Of a stretch of 64,000 nucleotides of DNA, positions 13,253 to 26,267 are shown one piece after another. A program made the position numbers and the translations under genes. The notes beneath the pieces were generated by a model. It saw only the letters and a list, made by a program, of their open reading frames with translations. It was not told the origin of the DNA and did not search any database. How positions within the stretch are numbered: position 1 is the first letter of the stretch; each line of letters begins with the position of its first letter. Source of the stretch: Auanema rhodensis (taxonomy: Eukaryota > Animalia > Nematoda); contig OZ059898.1 of the NCBI GenBank assembly GCA_964057225.1, positions 12,958,001 to 13,022,000 of the forward strand, in the 5' to 3' direction.

Positions 13253-16173
13253 TTAATATTCATATAATTTAAAGAAACCGTTGTACATGATACTGATATA
13301 CATAGCTGAATGATTCAGATCAAAGAGCTTAATCTATTATTATAAAGTTATGAAAAATAACTTTGGAACTACAAATACGGTTCCAAAACAATGTCTGCTC
13401 CTGAATTCAATCCAATCATTAAACATTACCATCCTTTGTACTATATATAGTATAGTATATATAGTATAGTATAGTCTATATGTATAATATATTATTATTT
13501 ATAATCAATTAATAAGATACAACCGTTCTGTTTAGACTTAAATTACTTGAATAGTATTTTTGTATAACAACCATCGAATATTTACTATATTGGTTTTACG
13601 TGGAAAATTAGAATATTTGACGTTATGAGCTAGAGCTAATTAGCATATCAATTGTAATTGGACCTAACTAAGTAGTTAACTATAATATGTATATTATTAT
13701 AAAAATAAAAACAATTCATAAAATAAAATATATTTATTATAATTATGCATATATGTATATATATATAATTAAACCCATATTCGGATTTTCTTTTTTTTTT
13801 CATTGATAAAGCATTTAGTTGATGATATTTCTTTTTTCTTTTAGAGAGAGAGAAAGAGAGAGGGTTTAGAGAGACAATTCTTCAGTTTTTTCCGCTTAAA
13901 GTGATTTAGTGAAAAAAAAAGAATTAATTCTTTTTTCGTCATTGAGCAGATTAGAAAAAGAATATTACGTCACAACTTCTATATTATTCGAACCTTCAAA
14001 GATATTATTACTTATATGATATAGTTAAGTTTATAGTAATGATATGATTTATCTTTAACTTAACTTACTTTCTTTATTAGCTGCAGCTATGAACATTTGA
14101 AATAAATTCATTAAAGCTCCATATCGTGCAGGTGCAGCTTTTTCACCTAAAACAACATACGGTAATAATAATAATAAATAATAATAATTAGTAGTAGTAG
14201 TAGTAGTAGTAATATTATTCAAAATATGATATAGTTTAATTATGAATTTTAATTAAAAAAATAATAAAAATTACCGCATTTTCTGATCATATAATCAAAT
14301 AGATATTTCATGTACAAACTACGTGCTAATTGAACTTTCTCTGAAGATGAATGTGATACTACTGTAGAATGTGAGAGAACTGATATAACTGAAATATTTG
14401 ACAATGCTTAATATGCTTCTAGCAACAAAAAAATGTTTGAACCTGAATTGAATAACATAATGGCTTTAAGCAATAAGAATTCTGCTTGATCCACATGTTC
14501 TCTAAGAAATGGTCCAATAACCTTTACATATTGCTCTTTTACAATGTTATTCACACTGAAAATCAACATTACAAGTTCGTTACTGTTTAAGTTATTGAAA
14601 TTTTTTGAATTTTGAGCCTTACAGCTTGTACAGAGAATCATATCTGTTTCCAACCTTAAGTTTGTTACTAAAGGTATGTTTCCAGCATTTTTTAAGCAAA
14701 CAAGCTTTTACTTAAACATCAAGTATATTGATGATATTATAGTTTGAAAACTTTTGTAATGATTATTACCTTGATTCAGATTTAATCCAAGATATTCCTT
14801 CTCGTAATTCGTGTTCTGATAAACAATTAAAATCTTTTGTAAAACTTTTATATGATTGTAATGCTACAGTAAGAGGAAATATTGATGATGTTAATACAAT
14901 AACCTATAATTATAATTTTAAGTTAATATAATTAATATAATTAGTATATCTAACCTGTTCTTTATCAGGTAACATCCGGAATTCTTCAAACATTCTTCCA
15001 TATGCTAATCCACATAAGATATCTGTAGTAAGCCATTGAGGTAAGCTGTAAGTTCAAATGATCAAGTTGGAAAATCTCTCATGTACTAGAGCATTACCTA
15101 TTCTGATCATCTTCCAATCGCTTTCTCTGCTCATATTCACAATTCATACCCTATAAGAGAAAAAAATAAGTTAAGTATGCACATAAGTTAAACTTCAAAC
15201 TGCGATAAATCTCCAAATACTGCTGTTTGTGAAAGTAATTGTAATAATTTCCTTTCCTCAATAGATAATTCATTATTTCGATAACCCTTGGTTCTTTAAT
15301 TATATTTTACTTATACTAACTATAATAATTTATATATAAAACCTTATAAAATCTGTTTTTTGTTCTATTGATAGTAAATGAGTTATAAGTGATACAAATT
15401 GATCAGAACTTTGAGAAGAATCATTCGATGCCACACGAGGAGGAGGAGAAGTCTGAAATCAAATATTTGAATGAAATATGTCTTCTTCTTCAACTTCAAT
15501 GAAACATACATGTTGAAGCTTATAAGTAGGAGAATCATCACAACTAGTTGAAGGCTCACATATATCATGTATCATGTTATGGTTCATTGAAATTGCTGAA
15601 GAAAATTATTTTAATCAAGCAGGTATAGTCTCACACTTGTCATTCTTCTCAGCAATATGATCAAGTTTCAACTTACTTTCCAGCCTCATTCCCCTTTTTA
15701 GGCATCGCTGTAATCGACATCTTCGACACTTTATTCGATTATCTATATTTATTTTTGTTTTTTCTAAACAATTATCTTGGAAAACTGTACCAGTTTTAGC
15801 TCGACTCATGCACAGTTGATCGCCTTGTATGCAAGCAGGGGTTTTACCCGAAAGCATGGCTCGACGGAAGAACGTCTTACATCCGTTACAAGATGGAACC
15901 TAAACAACTCAAACTAAAGGTGATGTCCTAGCTGTGCTATTCACAAACATCATAGTGATAACCAGTTGCTGCTCCCCCACAGATATCACAAGGCTTATCG
16001 AAGATTCTAGGCTCACGACGAGCTCGTTCCTAAATGATGTTGAGCATGAAGAAGTTGAAGTGCTTGCACGACGTCAGGTGAAGACGGTGATAGAGAATGC
16101 TTACCATAGTTATAGGTTTCGGAGGTTGAATGAAGCCAGTGGGCTCAACAACAAATGGTAGACGAGATGCAAT
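13253..16173 (-). CDS. Nuclear hormone receptor (supplementary NHR class), convergent with the first; 5'-most exon unresolved, possibly an ATG-only exon at 21630-21632
   Basis: Spliced model: IASRLPF...PITM|ERARREPRIFDKPCDICGGAATGYHYD|VPSCNGCKTFFRRAMLSGKTPACIQGDQLC...|NRIKCRRCRLQRCLKRGM. LBD: LPQWLTTDILCGLAYGRMFEEFRMLPDKEQ, VDQAEFLLLKAIMLFNS, EKAAPARYGALMNLF. Predicted last exon 13305-13253 (TMYISIMYNGFFKLYEY*). Confidence 0.88.
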
Positions 16174-17615
16174 CTGAAATCAGAAACCACAATATGCATT
16201 ATGATATACAATCGGCAAGAATTCCCATGGAATTTGAAAAAAAACGAATAATAAGGATCAAATTAGAAAAAATAGAAGAAGGACAGCACTGATTATACGG
16301 AATAATTATTAATTCAGACAAGAATTTAGTTTAGTTGGCAATGTGGGAGGCCTGATAGGGCGGGAGGTGACTATTGGTAAACCTGATGAAAGATGGGAAA
16401 TACACATACACACACGTAGATCATGTCCTCGTTGGCGTTGTCTCAATGATTGGTTTGTTCCAGATTCTGCTGTTACTGCTATTCTGAATAATGATCGTCT
16501 GAACTGTTTGACCAACGGAAATGATCTAACTTCAACAAGCAGAATCAGCAACAAGTTCTGGGTGTGTATGTATGTGTGTGTGTGTGTGTGTGTGTACGCG
16601 ATGGTCGTCTGAACGCCCAGGAGTGTCTCGCTGATGATGACGAAAACGACGACCCCATGATATACCGAAGATGCCGGAATAGAAGTGAACTTCGGCTTTT
16701 CACCGAAAGAGATTATCATTGCAAATTCTATTATTAGACTATCGAATTAGCAAATTTCCATCACAGCAAATGGAAGATTTCTTGTTTCAACGTCATATAA
16801 CTCTGATTTGTTTTGCTTCTAGATCTACTTATTTCAACAATCTCTGATCTGCTCTCCTCCCTTTTCATTGACAAAAACATTTTTTTATTTCCGTCTGATT
16901 TTTGTTGGGAATTCCTTTTGCAGACTATATACTGAGATAGAGAGAGATAGATAGAGAGAGAGAGAGATAGCGAGAGAGAAAGAGGGTGTGTGTGTGTGTG
17001 TGTTCTGTCAGCTTTATCTTTGATTGTAATCATGTATAGAGGGCAGTCTGTCTACTTTATCATAGAATATTCAATAGAAAAGAACACCATTCTTAACATT
17101 TTTTTGCCAAAGATTTATAGTAAATTCATATTTTAAGAAGATTCTCTTAGGCATTTTAGTTATGATGGGAGGGGGGGGTGGGTTGATAATGAAACGAATT
17201 ACCGTAATCAGTAGGAAGGAAAATTTGAAAATTTGAAAGGAAAAGATACGCTTCTGGGAATTCTATTCTTAGATTTCCGATTCATAAATATATATATGCG
17301 TCTGGTTCTTTTGAAATGCCTAAGAAGAAAAAAAGTTCTATTTTTGGTTAACAGGACTTTCACGTAAATGATTGAGATTCTGACAGTTCATTTGATGTAT
17401 AAATTACATAAAGGAGAAAGAAGCGGAGAAGGAGTAGAATAAGAAGGAAAAGGAAAAGTAGAAGATGAAGAAGACGATGGAGAAAGAGAAGAAGAAGAAG
17501 AACAAGGAGTAGACGATCCTTGAACCGTCAATGAATGAGACCGGAAGGGATGATTAGAAAGGAGTACAAGAGAATGGTCAGTTAAAATAAGAATGCACTG
17601 AATGTTTTGAATATA

Positions 17616-17621
<6 letters not shown>

Positions 17622-17668
<47 letters not shown>

Positions 17669-17973
17669 AGATAGGGAGATTAAGGGAGTAATGTGATTTC
17701 AGAATTTGTAAGAAATACATCAAAAAGACAGAGGTAGCAAAGGATAAGATGATAAACATTGTTGAATTAGAGACGACAAAAAGAAAACAAGTAAGCATTA
17801 CATGTGGATGAGAAAAAGAGAAAAGAAGATAAAGTATTTCCATTATAAATTATTATAACAATATAACTTTTTTTTGTTACAAAAGATCTTTATGTAAACC
17901 AATTTTTTTTGTTGCGAGATATATCTTCTTAGAAAAGCTGAGCATGTCTTGTCCTCTTCTTCTTTCAATCTTG

Positions 17974-18035
<62 letters not shown>

Positions 18036-18649
18036 CTTTCACTGTTTCATATTTAACCTTTCAACCCTTGTTCTTTCCGAACTTTTTTTTGTCTTTTGTA
18101 TCAAAATCTCAAAACGAAAAGTTAGGAACAAAGTTTCCGTTCAACCCCTTTCTTCTTTATGTCAGAAACTACAAAAGGAAAGATAAAATTGCAAAAGTTA
18201 ATGATTTTGCCATACAAGGTTTGACAATCTTCATTCATGTCATCAGCATCAGACCCCAATATAACCTGTTTTCATGTTGATAGTTTAGAGATCATATACA
18301 ACATACACGATATCAATTTTTTTTGAAAAAACATTAAATTTCACAAATGGATCTTGAGGATAAAGAAGAAGATAATTTATAATAATTTATTTAAAGAACA
18401 GAATGATATTTTCATCAAAGCATTTTACTTGTTTTTATTTTTCAAAAGAGGTGGGGGTTCCCCCATTTTTTAAAAATATTTTCAAGTCCTTCTAAATCGA
18501 AGAAAATTTTTTTGATGGTTAAATTCATCATTGAACTGATATATACAAGCTATTATGGTTCTAAAGAAAGAAAATTACAAGAAACAGAGAAATACTAAGA
18601 TTATAAGGAGATTGTGAGATAAAGAGAAAAAGAGGGATACATATGAAGA

Positions 18650-18716
<67 letters not shown>
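17622..18716. repeat. Cluster of three GA/CT microsatellites (17622-17665, 17978-18029, 18656-18716)
   Basis: Perfect dinucleotide runs of 20-30 units each. Confidence 0.9.
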
Positions 18717-18721
<5 letters not shown>

Positions 18722-18922
18722 GGTACAGAAAAGATGGATGATTCATGATATTCTTTTGACTTCCGTTCAATTTTACATTCTACTCATAGTAAAGTTAACT
18801 TTCTCTCAATAAAATCATTTAAAATGAAATGATAATCATGCTTTTTGAAGGTTAAATAGCTATTGCAAAATCAGAAAGAACAGAAGTTTTATATATAATT
18901 AGCATAATTAAAGTAAAATATG

Positions 18923-18965
<43 letters not shown>

Positions 18966-19449
18966 ATATATATAAGAATTATTATTTATACATTTTTAGT
19001 ATGTAAAAGAAATTTAATAGAGAAATACTAATGCTACTATTAGATCCATCAAAACTTGAAAGCAAAAAAAAAAGAAGAGGATTTCATCTGATTAGCTCAT
19101 GATTACACGAGAATATATCGACTTAACTATATGTATACCAGTTAACTTCATAGAATTTTCAACCCCTTTTATAATATAGGATGGGAATTGAAGGATTTTT
19201 TCTAATCTGAAATCCAAAGAAGCACAAATCTATTAGAAGTAGCTTGAAATAGGTCGAAACATGAATGGCATGAGCATTTTGGTCTGTATCATACGTCGCT
19301 TTTGTATTCGATTGTATTCTAATCAAAGACTAGATATGGCAAAAGACTATTTCAGAACAGAAATATGAAAAAAGTTGATCTATCTATCACTTCTTAGAAC
19401 ATTATTACACTAATTGAAAGATCAACCACAATTATGAACACAGAGAGAG

Positions 19450-19480
<31 letters not shown>

Positions 19481-19729
19481 ATAAGAAAGAGAGAAAAAGA
19501 GAAGAAAAGTTTAAAAGAGCCGAAGATATTCTTATAAATTCATGTTAAAATGAAAGAAAACATATTCAGAAAATGAGATATATAATAGAAATGATGCAAC
19601 ATTATAAAAAAATGAATAGATGAAGTCAAAGAAATAGAGGAAAAATACGAATATAGGTAATAATTAAGAAACAACCGTGTGCAGCATACTTTGAAACGAA
19701 AATAATGCAAAATGAATTGTTTCGGATAA

Positions 19730-19780
19730 CACGTGATAGCACACGTGTCTCATGTACGTGAACACGTGGAAGCTCACGTG
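19730..19780. promoter_or_regulatory. Homotypic E-box cluster (4x CACGTG + 1x TACGTG)
   Basis: CACGTG at 19730, 19742, 19763 and 19775, and TACGTG at 19755, all within 51 bp of AT-rich DNA. Confidence 0.6.
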
Positions 19781-20703
19781 GAAGAAAATATACGAAATCT
19801 TGACTGAAGTTGAAGTACATGAGTACGAAAAGATTTCAAATGAATGAAATAGGAGCAAAAGAAGAAGAAAAAAAAGAGTATAAGCATATTATATATAGAT
19901 ATACATATGTCTATAGGTATATAGTATACACATGAAATCATTAGAGTCATAGAGCGAGTAAGATGCTTAAAGAGAGAGAGATATACATATATATATATAT
20001 TATGAAAGAGATAGAGAGCTGTTCAGAGGGAAAGGGAGAGAAAAAGAGGGCGAACTTTGATATGCTGATAAGATGGTAACGGATAGACATAGACCGTAAA
20101 CGCCACGTTGTCTGATCTCTCAAGAAACAAAATGTTATCTGTGAGTTTTGTACATGAAACAGGCTCATTTACTATCAAAGAAATGACGTTTCACAGACAG
20201 CCCTGCTGATGATTAAGATCATGAATGAAATAATATAAGAATGATTAAATTATAACGCAATGAAGGAAGTGATGACTAAAACAATTGTACAATCTGCTTG
20301 AATTGTGCAGATTAATTTGAAACATCACAGACTGATATCGAGTTCGTTATAATATGAATGAATATTGATGATGATGTAATAATATTGCAATCATAATTAA
20401 TAATCTCTTTAAAATTTTCTTTTTTTTTTTTAAATTAAATTAAGAAAAATGATAGACTTCACCAACTGACGTGTACTAGAAAAAGCACAATGAGCATGTA
20501 TGTATCTTATAGTTGTTAACTAGAAACTGATCATTTACGAATTAGTCTCAATATCATTAAAACATAGACAAGAAAGAGAAAGAGGAGGAGAGAGGGAAAG
20601 AGAGACAGATGGAAGGAGGGAGAGAGAGAGAGAAATGAATAAAGTGAGAGAGATAAGAAACAACGACTAAAATTATGAAAAAAATCTTCGGTTCGAACTG
20701 CAG

Positions 20704-20723
20704 GTACGTGATATTCCACGTAC
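20704..20723. promoter_or_regulatory. Inverted pair of TACGTG (HRE-type) sites
   Basis: GTACGTG-ATATTC-CACGTAC, a perfect 7-bp inverted repeat. Confidence 0.4.
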
Positions 20724-21414
20724 GAGACTAGCATGATTGGCTGGCCATAAGGGTAAGCAACAAGACGTCAATACATACACTTCTTCATCTTTTTGCTTCT
20801 GCTTCTTCGACTTCTGAGCATTGCGTGAACAAATCTTATCAGCTAAATTTAATGAAAAAAAGAAAATTATTTTGAAAAGAATTGAAGGATTATTATGAGA
20901 TTGTATGCATCAATTTGGTTTAGTTGGATCATCTCAACGAACATTCACAGATAATATAAGTGAAAACAGTTCAAATACAATCGAAATCATTTTGCTTTTC
21001 TCTAAATCTATTCACTAGACATGATTCATGATGAAAAATGGTCTTATTGGTTTAGTACTGATAAAATATTTTCTTACGATATCAAAATAACATGTTTTAA
21101 TTATTATCAATGTATTATATAGTTAAGTTTTACAAGTTTTACAAGTTTTATTCTATTTTTATAAAAATTTAATTATTATAATACCTGTAATATTACTTAA
21201 TTCATTCATTCATGTACTCTTTTTCTTTTTTTATAAGAAAAAAAAACGTTATCGAACTATTTAGTTCAAACATCAAAATCAAACACCGTATGCCATGTAT
21301 ATATGTAGTGATCAGTGTGTTCTAATGAAATTTCTTTAAAAAAAATTTTTTTCCATTCCAAAATAGACAGAGATCATGGTTATCTATATACAAAGATAGA
21401 AAGAGGGAGGGAAA

Positions 21415-21417
<3 letters not shown>

Positions 21418-21479
<62 letters not shown>

Positions 21480-21908
21480 GATTTTCGGAGAAGAAGATGT
21501 AACACGTAATTTCAATGTCTCTAAATTGTTTCTTCTTCCGAATCTTAAGCAACAACACCAGTATATCTAATATAGGAAGTCAAACAGAAAATTTTTATAA
21601 ATTTGAATGAAAACTTAGAAGAAACTTACCATTAAATTGAAAAAGAAATAAATTAGAATTCTATATTATAAACTAAATAAGAAAATTAAATAAAAAATAA
21701 TAAAAAAAGATAATTCGAGGAAAGGAAGAGGAAGAAATATTTAAAAATAAACTAACCCACATGTTATTCATGATTAACTCCTTTTAATGATGAATTAGTG
21801 TATACTTAGTATTTCGGGCTAAAGAATATTGTCTCTGAGCAGATTGAGTAACACAGCTAAAATAAGAAAGAAGGAAAAATAAGTGTAGAAATAGAAGAGA
21901 CGGAGAGG

Positions 21909-21972
<64 letters not shown>
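21418..21972. repeat. Two (AG)n microsatellites (21418-21474, 21912-21972)
   Basis: Perfect runs of about 28-30 units. Confidence 0.9.
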
Positions 21973-21975
<3 letters not shown>

Positions 21976-23075
21976 TATAACTGTTTAACTAATTGTTAAA
22001 AAGAAAAATACAAAATCATACAACTATATAATTTGAAAATTCGTATTCAAAGTATAATACATCTCTTATTTCATCTATTTATTACTTTTTTGACATTAAA
22101 TGAAATTATGAGAATTACTCATGTTAGCTCATAATAGACATGATGTACAGATACTTGATCAATCAGCACATGTGAGTCAGTTTGCGGAAAGGATTGTTCA
22201 ACAACTTAATTATCAGAAAATGTGCAATAATATGACGTTATTTAGATAAGAAATAATAGGTGGTGAATATTTACAATTTGATCTGTAAATGTGGGTGTAA
22301 CTCTTATTCTCTTTCTCTTTCGAACTTCCTTGCTTCTCCACTATTTCTTTATCTTTTTTTCAGTGAATTATAATTTTATTTTTGATATGACGTTATATTT
22401 TATTTTTTTCTGAAAGCCAAGATCAGATTGCTATTATGCTTTGAATTTACCAATCACAGTTATCTTTCTTTAAAATTCTTTCAAAAAGTAGAAAAAGATG
22501 GTTATGAAATACCCACATATCATTGCTTCATAATAAGTTACATTTATTTCTTTTCAAAAGTATATTTCGAGTTTTTCATTTTGACTTGGTGCAAAAAAAA
22601 TTTAAGATTTTTTTCGTTTTATCCTTCCTCCCTCGTTCTCTCTCTCTCCTTCTCTCTCTTGAAAATGGAAATATCGTTAAACATCTGTTGAATATATATT
22701 TAGAAATTCTTAATGCTTACTGATTAATTCTCAAATTTTTGTTTGAGCAATTAGAATTTAATTTTTTTTTCTATTCTCATATCAAAATTGACTTGTTCAC
22801 AGAAATATTTATAACATTGTATGCTGTATAGATGAAAGTTTTCTAAAACAAGCATAAAGAGAAGGAGGACAAATTAAGAAGATTGTATTAGAATAGATTG
22901 TTTATAATAAAAATATAAAATGATATATAATTAATGAATATAATTTAAATAGAACCATTGGAAAAAATGAGAAGCGGATGGAACTGAGAAGAAGTATATG
23001 GATTTCTTTTGATTTTTTCTGTTTCAATAGCTTTGATTTATCATATCATCTTCATCTATCCTCTTTCTCTCTCTT

Positions 23076-23121
<46 letters not shown>

Positions 23122-23380
23122 AATCTCTTTCTCAATCTCTCTCTCTTTCTCATTCCATTAACAACACATACTTCGAAGCATCATGAAGTCATCTTCAATA
23201 CATCACAGAATATAATTTAAAAAAAAAAAAGGAAAGTAAAGACGTTCAAAAAACTACATTTATAATACTAAAATATGGATAAAATATTTATGAAATATAT
23301 AAAATGTAATAATATATTATTTAAAAATTATATTTTATATTCAAAACTTAGAAGAACAAAAGATTTTAGAAGTCCTTGAC

Positions 23381-23423
<43 letters not shown>

Positions 23424-25000
23424 GTATATAGTATATATATAATAAGTTGAAAGTAGAGATCAAGTACAAATAATTATGATAATAATATTTACTATATCAT
23501 ATACATACATACATATATACTATGCCTACATAGTTAACCAATACTCATTTATCATTTTGATTCTGACTCATTCTTAACTTCAACATTCCATAGTAATCTG
23601 AGATGAGGAATGAAAATCTTTTTATCAGAAAAACCTTATGTTAATAAAAAAAAATTTGATATTTTCTAGTTAATTACGTCTATATTTGAGAATTCTGAGA
23701 CTTTTTACATATATTATACGTATTATGTATATATATTTTTTTCTTTTTCTTTTTAATATTAAAATGTATTACATATATATTTTAAATGTAAAAATAGTCG
23801 TAATAATGGTATTGAGTTCCCTAATTTAGATACCATATATGTATATTATTATCTTGAAAGATATATGTCAAAAGTTCTCGAACATTTTCTTTTGACCATA
23901 GTTTAACTGATTTTCAATTATTATCCTCTCCCCCCTCTTTCTCTCTTTTTACTTCTTATATGCTCATATTTTCATGTTTTATGCTCTTCATTCTAATTGT
24001 AGGTTAGAAACAAATAATGTTCACACGGTTCATAATGATTTTCAAACCCTCACTCCTCCTAATCTGCATATGACGTAGCTCACGTTTGATGAGTGGGGCG
24101 TAAGACGTGAATTTTCATTTTCACGTCATTTTCATGAGAAGATCGGTTGCGAACAAATGAAGTCAAGATTAAAAGTGTTAATGATTAGGGGGAGCATATG
24201 AGAACGAGAACAAATGATAAAACTTGGTTTGTTATTTTAAATTTAATAATTAATAAAATATTATAATTAATATATATATATATAGTTATTTATACATATA
24301 GAAAACATCTATTTATAAATGTTGTAATTTAGATATAAACTAATTTTTTTTAAAATTTTAATTTACAATACAATACAAATTATACTATTTATTACAAATA
24401 ACAATAATAATAATACATATATGTATAACAGATAATCAATTATGGATTATATTGTCACAATAACATGCTGTTGGTCAAGCTTGCCGTTCTTAAGTTTTGA
24501 ATGATCAAACATAAGTTTTCATGCTATTCTGGATTCTATTATATACAAAATCAATAAATATGAATAAAACTATATTTTATATTTATTATATTGATAAATG
24601 AAACAATGTACTTATCCTGAAATATGTTTCCTACATACATACATATGTGATTATCTTATATATCTGAATTCAAATCAAGTCAGAAGGGAGAGAGAGAGAG
24701 TAGGATAAAGTGAGGGAGATTGAAATTGAAAGAAAAGGATGTAAAAAGTAAAAATTAGTTCGTTTTCTAAATTAAATCAATCATTTTCATGGGTTCTCAT
24801 AATGTTTTTGATGTTATATCTTTATATGTTTATAGATAAATTAAGAGATTTACACATATACACACATATTCTATATCCTTTTTCATTTTATACAAATTAT
24901 ATAAATATTCCTGAGATTATACCTGAATGAAGTTCAAGTTTCAAATAAGAAATTTAAGAAAAGAAAAAGAAAAATTTGTTTCAAATCGAATATTCCTTAT

Positions 25001-25858
25001 TCAGGAAACAATTTTTTTGTCTTTTATCCATTTGCATTTGAGCCTGTAGGGCCAATTGAAACACATCAAATATGTATAAAAGGGATTTGAAATGTGAAAT
25101 CACTACAGGAAGATCCATAAAACTTCATTTGGATAGCACAATGTCTATGGAATGAAATCAAGTTCAAGTTTGCTATGTATCCAAGATTCACAAGCACATT
25201 TGCATATTCAATACAATACTCATCAAAGATATTACAGGATAATGAATCAGTGAATCCCTGTTGGATATCAAGTTTTCCACGTAAAAAGATTGTTCTACAT
25301 GTTATATATAGAGGAATTTCAATTCTTTGAACAATCTTTTTTCATTTGTTCCATAGATTTTCAGACATCTATCTACCATCCAACATACTTATATCTGGCT
25401 GACATGTTTATTTACTTTATCTTATCCAATTGTGTTTTTGTTCTATAAACTTGTAGTATAACTTACCTTTATCAGCATTTTCATCAATTTTTATACAAAT
25501 TTCAGCGTGAGAATGACAACTCAAAGCAAGCTGAAAGGAAAATTGTATGCCTAACTAGGGCATTATCTCATATAAATCTCTTGTTCCTTTTTAATTCGTA
25601 ACTATATGTACATATCTTAATAACTATATCTATTCCATAAACCATTATCCCCTCCTCCTCTTCCAATCCTCATTTCCTCACCTTACGCCTATCCCTTACA
25701 TTCATCACAATTCTCCATCTCTTAATAACTTTACAGTTCTCACTCTCAGCGGCTTCATACATCGAGAATGCTGACCTTCAGATGATAACCTGAGAATACA
25801 ACCGTTTATGGTTCAACTCATACATAGCTGGCCCACAATATCTCTTTCCTCTTTCCAT
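25001..25858 (-). CDS. Putative small multi-exon Cys-containing protein, divergent from the collagen; model incomplete
   Basis: One clean exon: ttcctttcag-LALSCHSHAEICIKIDENADK-gtaagt (~25530-25467). Further exon-like segments LSSEGQHSRCMKPLR, TIFLRGKLDIQQGFTDSLSCNIFDEYCIEYAN, TLCYPNEVLWIF and LKCKWIKDKKIVS*. One junction could not be resolved. Confidence 0.35.
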
Positions 25859-26267
25859 ATATCTTTGTTTGAATTTAGAAAATTTGAATTTATAACATAC
25901 AGTAATTCTAAATTATATACACATAGTTAGTCTTATTTAGCCTTCATATATGAGATCAGAATGTTGTATGAATTCATTTCACATTTCAAATTCATTTTTC
26001 ATCTCTCTTATCTCTCTTGATGATACTTTCCCTTTAAGCACGCAGTGTGTTCAGCTACAGCATCAATCATTTATCATTAGGTTTCAAAAAGTTATCATTC
26101 TTCAATTATCATGATGTTCTTTAATTTTTGTCACAAACTCTGTGTGTGTGAAGCCTAGTCTCTCTTATCGTTTACAACATAAGTTGATAACATAAAAACT
26201 ATAGTTAACATGTAGTATATCTTGAAATACTATTATTCTATAGATAATTTCTAATGTTTCAGTTAAA

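Noticed and set aside
16309-16719. 136-aa ORF upstream of the second nhr
   Set aside because: Reads through a CA repeat, and I could not splice it in frame to the nhr exons; kept only as possible UTR or alternative exons
18042-23027. CTGTTTCA piRNA upstream (Ruby) motif at ~18042 and ~23020
   Set aside because: Only two isolated hits, compatible with chance; no cluster
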